The position numbers were made by a program, and so were the translations under genes. Positions 54,001-64,000 of a stretch of DNA of 64,000 nucleotides are shown here, one piece after another. Source of the stretch: Eledone cirrhosa. Lineage: Eukaryota. The stretch covers positions 16,616,001 through 16,680,000 of the forward strand of contig OZ024752.1 in NCBI GenBank assembly GCA_964016885.1, read 5' to 3'. The first letter of the stretch is position 1. Each line of letters begins with the position of its first letter. Under the pieces are notes generated by a model. It made no database searches and was not told where the DNA came from. It saw nothing but the letters and a program-made list of their open reading frames with translations.

Positions 54001-57000
54001 ATCACTCTGATGTCAGCCAAGTGTGGTAGTGTGTCTAGAGGAAGGATCACTCTGATGTCAGCCGTGTGTGGTAGTCTGTTATGGGAAGGATCACTCTGAT
54101 GTCAGCGTGTGTGGTAGTCTGTTATGGGAAGGATCACTCTGATGTCAGCCAAGTGTGGTAGTCTGTCTAAGGGAAGGATCACTCTGATGTCAGCCGTGTG
54201 TGGTAGTCTGTTATGGGAAGGATCACTCTGATGTCAGCCGTGTGTGGTAGTCTGTTATGGGAAGGATCATTCCGATGTCAGCCGTGTGTGGTAGTCTGTC
54301 TAGGGGAAGGATCACTCTGATGTCAGCCGTGTGTGGTAGTCTGTCTAGGTGAAGGATCACTCTGATGTCAGCCAAGTGTGGTAGTCTGTCTAGGGGAAGG
54401 ATCACTCTGATGTCAGCCGTGTGTGGTAGCCTGTTATGGGAAGGATCACTCTGATGTCAGCCGTGTCTGGTAGTCTGACTAGGTGAAGGATCACTCTGAT
54501 GTCAGTCGTGTATGGTAGTCTGTCTAGGTGAAGGATCACTCTGATGTCAGCCGTGTGTGGTAGTCTGTCTAAGGGAAGGATCACTCTGATGTCAGCGTGT
54601 GTGGTAGTCTGTCTAAGGGAAGGATCACTCTGATGTCAGCCGTGTGTGGTAGTCTGTCTAGGTGAAGGATCACTCTGATGTAAGCCGTGTGTGGTAGTCT
54701 GTCTAAGGGAAGTATCACTCTGATGTCAGTCATGTGTGGTAGTCTGTTATGGGAAGGATCACTCTGATGTCAGCCGTGTGCGGTAGTCTGTCTAGGGGAA
54801 GGATCACTCTGATGTCTGATGTCAGCCGTGTGTGGTAGTCTGTCTAGGGGAAGGATCACTCTGATGTCAGCTGTGTGTGGCAGTCTGTCTAGGGGAAGGA
54901 TCACTCTGATGTCAGCCAAGTGTGGTAGTCTGTCTAGGGGAAGGATCACTCTGATGTCAGTCATGTGTGTTAGTCTGTCTAGGGGAAGGATCACTCTGAT
55001 GTCAGCCGTGTGTGGTAGTCTGTCTAGGGGAAGGATCACTCTGATGTCAGCTGTGTGTGGTAGTCCGTCTAAGGGAAGGATCACTCTGATGTCAGCCGTG
55101 TGTGGTAGTGTGTCTAGGGGAAGGATCACTCTGATGTCAGCTGTGTGTGGCAGTCTGTCTAGGGGAAGGATAACTCCGATGTCAGCCGTGTGTGGTAGTC
55201 TGTCTAGGGGAAGAATCACTCTGATGTCAGCCGTGTGTGGTAGTCTGTCCAGGGGAAGGATCACTCTGATGTCAGCTGTGTGTGGCAGTCTGTCTAGGGG
55301 AAGGATCACTCTGATGTCAGCCGTGTGCGGTAGTCTGTCTAGGGGAAGGATCACTCTGATGTCAGCTGTGTGTGGCAGTCTGTCTAGGGGAAGGATCACT
55401 CTGATGTCAGCTGTGTGTGGTAGTCTGTCTAGGGGAAGGATCACTCTGATGTCAGTCATGTGTGGTAGTCTGTCTAGGGGAAGGATCACTCTGATGTCAG
55501 CTGTGTGTGGTAGTCTGTCTAGGGGAAGGATCACTCTGATGTCAGCTGTGTGTGGTAGTCTGTCTAGGGGAAGGATCACTCTGATGTCAGCTGTGTGTGG
55601 TAGTCTGTCTAGGGGAAGGATCACTCTGATGTCAGCTGTGTGTGGTAGTCTGTCTAGGGGAAGGACCACTCTGATGTCATGTGTGTGTTGTAGTCTGTCT
55701 CGGGGAAGAATCACTCTGATGTCAGTCGTGTGTGGTAGTCTGTCTAGGGGAAGGATCACTCTGATGTCAGCTGTGTGTGGCAGTCTGTCTAGGGGAAGGA
55801 TCACTCTGATGTCAGCCGTGTGTGGTAGTCTGTTATGGGAAGGATCACTCTGATGTTAGCTGTGTGTGGTAGTCTGTTATGGGAAGGATCACTCTGATGT
55901 CAGCTGTGTGTGGTAGTCTGTTATGGGAAGGATCACTCTGATGTCAGCCGTGTGTGGTAGTCTGTTATGGGAAGGATCACTCTGATGTCAGCCAAGTGTG
56001 GTAGTCTGTCTAGGGGAAGGATCACTCTGATGTCACCCGTGTGTGGTAGTCTGTTATGGGAAGGATCACTCTGATGTCAGCGTGTGTGGTAGTCTGTTAT
56101 GGGAAGGATCACTCTGATGTCAGCCAAGTGTGGTAGTCTGTCTAAGGGAAGGATCACTCTGATGTCAGCCGTGTGTGGTAGTCTGTTATGGGAAGGATCA
56201 CTCTGATGTCAGCCGTGTGTGGTAGTCTGTTATGGGAAGGTTCACTCCGATGTCAGCCGTGTGTGGTAGTCTGTCTAGGGGAAGGATCACTCTGATGTCA
56301 GCCGTGTGTGGTAGTCTGTCTAGGTGAAGGATCACTCTGATGTCAGCCAAGTGTGGTAGTCTGTCTAGGGGAAGGATCACTCTGATGTCAGCCGTGTGTG
56401 GTAGTCTGTTATGGGAAGGATCACTCTGATGTCAGCCGTGTGTGGTAGTCTGTCTAGGTGAAGGATCACTCTGATGTCAGTCGTGTATGGTAGTCTGTCT
56501 AGGTGAAGGATCACTCTGATGTCAGCCGTGTGTGGTAGTCTGTCTAAGGGAAGGATCACTCTGATGTCAGCGTGTGAGGTAGTCTGTCTAAGGGAAGGAT
56601 CACTCTGATGTCAGCCGTGTGTGGTAGTCTGTCTACGTGAAGGATCACTCTGATGTAAGCCGTGTGTGGTAGTCTGTCTAAGGGAAGTATCACTCCGATG
56701 TCAGTCATGTGTGGTAGTCTGTTATGGGAAGGATCACTCTGATGTCAGCCGTGTGTAGTAGTCTGTCTAGGGGAAGGATCACTCTGATGTCTGATATCAG
56801 CCGTGTGTGGTAGTCTGTCTAGGGGAAGGATCACTCTGATGTCAGCTGTGTGTGGCAGTCTGTCTAGGGGAAGGATCACTCTGATGTCAGCCGTGTGTTG
56901 TAGTCTGTCTAGGGGAAGGATCACTCTGATGTCAGCCGTGTCTGGTAGTACGTCTAGGGGAAGGATCACTCTGATGTCAGCCATGTGTGGTAGTCTGTCT

Positions 57001-60000
57001 AGGGGAAGGATCACTCTGATGTCAGCCAAGTGTGGTAGTCTGTCTAGGGGTAGGATCACTCTGATGTCAGTCATGTGTGGTAGTCTGTCTAGGGGAAGGA
57101 TCACTCTGATGTCAGCCGTGTGTGGTAGTCTGTCTAGGGGAAGGATCACTCTGATGTCAGCCGTGTGTGGTAGTCTGTCTAGGGGAAGGATCACTCAGAT
57201 GACAGCCGTGTGTGGTAGTCTGTCTAAGGGAAGGATCACTCTGATGTCAGCCATGTGTGGTAGTCGGTCTAGGGGAAGGATCACTCTGATGTCAGCCGTG
57301 TGTGGTAGTCTGTCTAGGGGAAGGTTCACTCTGATGTCAGCCGTGTGTGGTAGTCTGTCTAGGTGAAGGATCACTCTGATGTCAGCTGTGTGTGGTAGTC
57401 TGTCTAGGGGAAGGATCACTCTGATGTCAGCCATGTGTGGTAGTCTATTATGGGAAGGATCACTCTGATGTTAGCTGTGTGTGGTAGTCTGTTATGGGAA
57501 GGATCACTCTGATGTCAGCTGTGTGTGGTAGTCTGTTATGGGAAGGATCACTCTGATGTCAGCCGTGTGTGGTAGTCTGTAATGGGAAGGATCACTCTGA
57601 TGTCAGCCAAGTGTGGTAGTCTGTCTAGGGGAAGGATCACTCTGATGTCACCCGTGTGTAGTAGTCTGTTATGGGAAGGATCACTCTGATGTCAGCGTGT
57701 GTGGTAGTCTGTTATGGGAAGGATCACTCTGATGTCAGCCGCGTGTGGTAGTCTGTTATGGGAAGGATCACTCTGATGTCAGCCGTGTGTGGTAGTCTGT
57801 TATGGGAAGGATCATTCCGATGTCAGCCGTGTGTGGTAGTCTGTCTAGGGGAAGGATCACTCTGATGTCAGCCGTGTGTGGTAGTCTGTTATGGGAAGGA
57901 TCACTCTGATGTCAGCTGTGTTTGGTAGTCTGTTATGGGAAGGATCACTCCGATGTCAGCCGTGTGTGGTAGTCTGTCTAGGGGAAGGATTACTCTGATG
58001 TCAGCTGTGTGTGGTAGTCTGTTATGAGAAGGATCACTCTGATGTCAGCCGTGTGTGGTAGTCTGTTATGGGAAGGATCACTCTGATGTCAGCCGTGTGT
58101 GGTAGTCTGTTATGGGAAGGATCACTCTGATGTCAGCCAAGTGTGGTAGTATGTCTAGGGGAAGGATCACTCTGATGTCAGCCGTGTGTGGTAGTCTGTT
58201 ATGGGAAGGATCATTCTGATGTCAGCTGTGTGTGGTAGTCTGTTATGGGAAGGATCACTCTGATGTCAGCAGTGTGTGGTAGTCTGTTATGGGAAGGATC
58301 ACTCTGATGTCAGCCAAGTGTGGTAGTGTGTCTAGGGGAAGGATCACTCTGATGTCAGCCGTGTGTGGTAGTCTGTTATGGGAAGGATCACTCTGATGTC
58401 AGCGTGTGTGGTAGTCTGTTATGGGAAGGATCACTCTGATGTCAGCCAAGTGTGGTAGTCTGTCTAAGGGAAGGATCACTCTGATGTCAGCCGTGTGTGG
58501 TAGTCTGTTATGGGAAGGATCACTCTGATGTCAGCCGTGTGTGGTAGTCTGTTATGGGAAGGATCACTCCGATGTCAGCCGTGTGTGGTAGTCTGTCTAG
58601 GGGAAGGATAACTCTGATGTCAGCCGTGTGTGGTAGTCTGTCTAGGTGAAGGATCACTCTGATGTCAGCCAAGTGTGGTAGTCTGTCTAAGGGAAGGATC
58701 ACTCTGATGTCAGCGTGTGTGGTAGTCTGTCTAAGGGAAGGATCACTCTGATGTCAGCCGTGTGTGGTAGTCTGTCTAGGTGAAGGATCACTCTGATGTA
58801 AGCCGTGTGTGGTAGTCTGTCTAAGGGAAGTATCACTCTGATGTCAGTCATGTGTGGTAGTCTGTTATGGGAAGGATCACTCTGATGTCAGCCGTGTGTA
58901 GTAGTCTGTCTAGGGGAAGGATCACTCTGATGTCTGATGTCAGCCGTGTGTGGTAGTCTGTCTAGGGGAAGGATCACTCTGATGTCAGCTGTGTGTGGCA
59001 GTCTGTCTAGGGGAAGGATCACTCTGATGTCAGCCGTGTGTTGTAGTCTCTCTAGGGAAAGGATCACTCTGATATCAGCTGTGTGTGGTAGTCTGTCTAG
59101 GGGAAGGATCACTCTGATGTCAGCCGTGTCTGGTAGTCCGTCTAGGGGAAGGATCACTCTGATGTCAGCCATGTGTGGTAGTCTGTCTAGGGGAAGGATC
59201 ACTCTGATGTCAGCCAAGTGTGGTAGTCTGTCTAGGGGAATGATCACTCTGATGTCAGTCATGTGTGGTAGTCTGTCTAGGGGAAGGATCACTCTGATGT
59301 CAGCCGTGTGTGGTAGTCTGTCGAGGGGAAGGATCACTCTGATGTCAGCCGTGTGTGGTAGTCTGTCTAGGGGAAGGATCACTCAGATGTCAGCCGTGTG
59401 TGGTAGTCTGTCTAAGGGAAGGATCACTCTGATGTCAGCCGTGTGTGGTAGTCGGTCTAGGGGAAGGATCACTCTGATGTCAGCCGTGTGTGGTAGTCTG
59501 TCTAGGGGAAGGTTCACTCTGATGGCAGCCGTGTGTGGTAGTCTGTCTAGGTGAAGGATCACTCTGATGTCAGCTGTGTGTGGTAGTCTGTCTAGGGGAA
59601 GGATCACTCTGATGTCAGCCATGTGTGGTAGTCTGTCTAGGGGAAGGATCACTCTGATGTCAGCCACGTGTGGTAGTCTGTCTAGGTGAAGGATCACTCT
59701 GATGTCAGCCGTGTGTGGTAGTCTGTTATGGGAAGGATCACTCTGATGTTAGCTGTGTGTGGTAGTCTGTTATGGGAAGGATCACTCTAATGTCAGCTGT
59801 GTGTGGTAGTCTGTTATGGGAAGGATCACTCTGATGTCAGCCGTGTGTGGTAGTCTGTAATGGGAAGGATCACTCTGATGTCAGCCAAGTGTGGTAGTCT
59901 GTCTAGGGGAAGGATCACTCTGATGTCACCCGTGTGTGGTAGTCTGTTATGGGAAGGATCACTCTGATGTCAGCGTGTGTGGTAGTCTGTTATGGGAAGG

Positions 60001-63000
60001 ATCACTCTGATGTCAGCCAAGTGTGGTAGTCTGTCTAGGGGAAGGATCACTCTGATGTCAGCCGCGTGTGGTAGTCTGTTATGGGAAGGATCACTCTGAT
60101 GTCAGCCGTGTGTGGTAGTCTGTTATGGGAAGGATCACTCTGATGTCAGCCGTGTGTGGTAGTCTGTTATGGGAAGGATCACTCTGATGTCAGCTGTGTG
60201 TGGTAGTCTGTTATGGGAAGGATCACTCCGATGTCAGCCGTGTGTGGTAGTCTGTCTAGGTAAAGGATCACTCTGATGTCAGCCAAGTGTGGTAGTCTGT
60301 CTAGGGGAAGGATCACTCTGATGTCATCCGTGTGTGGTAGTCTGTTATGGGAAGGATCACTCTGATGTCAGTCGTGTGTGGTAGTCTGTCTAGGTGAAGG
60401 ATCACTCTGATGTCAGTCGTGTGTGGTAGTCTGTTATGGGAAGGATCACTCTGATATCAGCCGTGTGTGGTAGTCTGTCTAGGGGAAGGATCACTCTGAT
60501 GTCAGCCAAGTGTGGTAGTCTGTCTAGGGGAAGGATCACTCTGATGTCAGCCGTGTGTGGTAGTCTGTTATGGGAAGGATCACTCTGATGTCAGCCGTGT
60601 GTGGTAGTCTGTTATGGGGAAGGATCACTCTGATGTCAGCCGTGTGTGGTAGTCTGTCTAGGTGAAGGATCACTCTGATGTCAGCCGTGTGTGATAGTCT
60701 GTTATGGGAAGGATCACTCTGATGTCAGCCAAGTGTGGTAGTCTGTCTAGGGGAAGGATCACTCCGATGTCAGCCGTGTGTGGTAGTCTGTTATGGGAAG
60801 GATCATTCTGATGTCAGCTGTGTGTGGTAGTCTTTTATGGGAAGGATCACTCTGATGTCAGCTGTGTGTGGTAGTCTGTTATGGGAAGGATCACTCTGAT
60901 GTCAGCAGTGTGTGGTAGTCTGTTATGGGAAGGATCACTCTGATGTCAGCCAAGTGTGGTAGTGTGTCTAGAGGAAGGATCACTCTGATGTCAGCCGTGT
61001 GTGGTAGTCTGTTATGGGAAGGATCACTCTGATGTCAGCGTGTGTGGTAGTCTGTTATGGGAAGGATCACTCTGATGTCAGCCAAGTGTGGTAGTCTGTC
61101 TAAGGGAAGGATCACTCTGATGTCAGCCGTGTGTGGTAGTCTGTTATGGGAAGGATCACTCTGATGTCAGCCGTGTGTGGTAGTCTGTTATGGGAAGGAT
61201 CATTCCGATGTCAGCCGTGTGTGGTAGTCTGTCTAGGGGAAGGATCACTCTGATGTCAGCCGTGTGTGGTAGTCTGTCTAGGTGAAGGATCACTCTGATG
61301 TCAGCCAAGTGTGGTAGTCTGTCTAGGGGAAGGATCACTCTGATGTCAGCCGTGTGTGGTAGCCTGTTATGGGAAGGATCACTCTGATGTCAGCCGTGTC
61401 TGGTAGTCTGACTAGGTGAAGGATCACTCTGATGTCAGTCGTGTATGGTAGTCTGTCTAGGTGAAGGATCACTCTGATGTCAGCCGTGTGTGGTAGTCTG
61501 TCTACGGGAAGGATCACTCTGATGTCAGCGTGTGTGGTAGTCTGTCTAAGGGAAGGATCACTCTGATGTCAGCCGTGTGTGGTAGTCTGTCTAGGTGAAG
61601 GATCACTCTGATGTAAGCCGTGTGTGGTAGTCTCTCTAAGGGAAGTATCACTCTGATGTCAGTCATGTGTGGTAGTCTGTTATGGGAAGGATCACTCTGA
61701 TGTCAGCCATGTGCGGTAGTCTGTCTAGGGGAAGGATCACTCTGATGTTTGATGTCAGCCGTGTGTGGTAGTCTGTCTAGGGGAAGGATCACTCTGATGT
61801 CAGCTGTGTGTGGCAGTCTGTCTAGGGGAAGGATCACTCTGATGTCAGCCAAGTGTGGTAGTCTGTCTAGGGGAAGGATCACTCTGATGTCAGTCATGTG
61901 TGGTAGTCTGTCTAGGGGAAGGATCACTCTGATGTCAGCCGTGTGTGGTAGTCTGTCTAGGGGAAGGATCACTCTGATGTCAGCTGTGTGTGGTAGTCTG
62001 TCTAAGGGAAGGATCACTCTGATGTCAGCCGTGTGTGGTAGTGTGTCTAGGGGAAGGATCACTCTGATGTCAGCTGTGTGTGGCAGTCTGTCTAGGGGAA
62101 GGATAACTCCGATGTCAGCCGTGTGTGGTAGTCTGTCTAGGGGAAGAATCACTCTGATGTCAGCCGTGTGTGGTAGTCTGTCCAGGTGAAGGATCACTCT
62201 GATGTCAGCTGTGTGTGGCAGTCTGTCTAGGGGAAGGATCACTCTGATGTCAGCCGTGTGCGGTAGTCTGTCTAGGGGAAGGATCACTCTGATGTCAGCT
62301 GTGTGTGGCAGTCTGTCTAGGGGAAGGATCACTCTGATGTCAGCTGTGTGTGGTAGTCTGTCTAGGGGAAGGATCACTCTGATGTCAGTCATGTGTGGTA
62401 GTCTGTCTAGGGGAAGGATCACTCTGATGTCAGCTGTGTGTGGTAGTCTGTCTAGGGGAAGGATCACTCTGATGTCAGCTGTGTGTGGTAGTCTGTCTAG
62501 GGGAAGGATCACTCTGATGTCAGCTGTGTGTGGTAGTCTGTCTAGGGGAAGGATCACTCTGATGTCAGCTGTGTGTGGTAGTCTGTCTAGGGGAAGGACC
62601 ACTCTGATGTCATGTGTGTGTTGTAGTCTGTCTCGGGGAAGAATCACTCTGATGTCAGTCGTGTGTGGTAGTCTGTCTAGGGGAAGGATCACTCTGATGT
62701 CAGCTGTGTGTGGCAGTCTGTCTAGGGGAAGGATCACTCTGATGTCAGCCGTGTGTGGTAGTCTGTCTAGGGGAAGGATCACTCAGATGTCAGCCGTGTG
62801 TGGTAGTCTGTCTAAGGGAAGGATCACTCTGATGTCAGCCGTGTGTGGTAGTCGGTCAAGGGGAAGGATCACTCTGATGTCAGCCGTGTGTGGTAGTCTG
62901 TCTAGGGGAAGGTTCACTCTGATGTCAGCCGTGTGTGGTAGTCTGTCTAGGTGAAGGATCACTCTGATGTCAGCCGTGTGTGGTAGTCTGTTATGGGAAG

Positions 63001-64000
63001 GATCACTCCGATGTCAGCCGTGTGTGGTAGTCTGTCTAGGGGAAGGATTACTCTGATGTCAGCTGTGTGTGGTAGTCTGTTATGAGAAGGATCACTCTGA
63101 TGTCAGCCGTGTGTGGTAGTCTGTTATGGGAAGGATCATTCCGATGTCAGCCGTGTGTGGTAGTCTGTCTAGGGGAAGGATCACTCTGATGTCAGCCGTG
63201 TGTGGTAGTCTGTCTAGATGAAGGATCACTCTGATGTCAGCCAAGTGTGGTAGTCTGTCTAGGGGAAGGATCACTCTGATGTCAGCCGTGTGTGGTAGTC
63301 TGTTATGGGAAGGATCACTCTGATGTCAGCCGTGTCTGGTAGTCTGACTAGGTGAAGGATCACTCTGATGTCAGTCGTGTATGGTAGTCTGTCTAGGTGA
63401 AGGTTCACTCTGATGTCAGCCGTGTGTGGTAGTCTGTCTAAGGGAAGGATCACTCTGATGTCAGCGTGTGTGGTAGTCTGTCTAAGGGAAGGATCACTCT
63501 GATGTCAGCCGTGTGTGGTAGTCTGTCTAGGTGAAGGATCACTCTGATGTAAGCCGTGTGTGGTAGTCTGTCTAAGGGAAGTATCACTCTGATGTCAGTC
63601 ATGTGTGGTAGTCTGTCTAGGGGAAGGATCACTCTGATGTCAGCCGTGTGTGCTAGTCTGTCTAGGGGAAGGATCACTCTGATGTCAGCCGTGTGTGGTA
63701 GTCTGTCTAGGTGACGGATCACACTGATGTCTGCCGTGTGTGGTAGTCTGTCTAGGGGAAGGATCACTCTGATGTCAGCCGTGTGTGGTAGTCTGTCTAG
63801 GTGAAGGATCACTCTGATGTCAGCCGTGTGTGGTAGTCTGTTATGGGAAGGATCACTCTGATGTCAGCCAAGTGTGGTAGTCTGTCTAGGGGAAGGATCA
63901 CTCTGATGTCAGCCGTGTGTGGTAGTCTGTTATGGGAAGGATCATTCTGATGTCAGCTGTGTGTGGTAGTCTGTTATGGGAAGGATCACTCTGATGTCAG
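45018..64000. repeat. Right satellite array, same monomer and orientation, about 425 units
   Basis: Starts abruptly at ...GGAAGT|TAGGGGAAGGATC, joined to a Neptune-type PLE. Carries its own diagnostic variants. Runs off the right edge. Confidence 0.99.

Overview
This is eukaryotic repeat DNA with no host genes. The tRNA-derived SINE family present suggests an octopod cephalopod, which is an inference. Two same-strand arrays of a 45/44-bp satellite (consensus GGAAGGATCACTCTGATGTCAGCCGTGTGTGGTAGTCTGTCTAGG; 1-~27365 and ~45018-64000) carry different higher-order repeat patterns and flank a 17.6-kb AT-rich island of transposon relics. The island holds decayed Penelope-like retroelements (PLEs; Naiad-type, Neptune-type and one more GIY-YIG tail) and four hammerhead-ribozyme motifs. 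Two of those motifs are intact-looking homologues with differing but still paired stem II. The island also contains an inverted duplication with ~3.5-kb arms, a non-autonomous Merlin transposon with an 8-bp TSD, a long-TIR MITE, SINEs with visible empty sites, and short structured elements between (TA)n tracts. The left array ends in what looks like the 5' end of a non-autonomous Helitron, suggesting the satellite is an expanded Helitron-internal repeat. The many repetitive ORFs in the ORF track are artefacts of the satellite and microsatellites. All alignments and RNA folds were done by eye.
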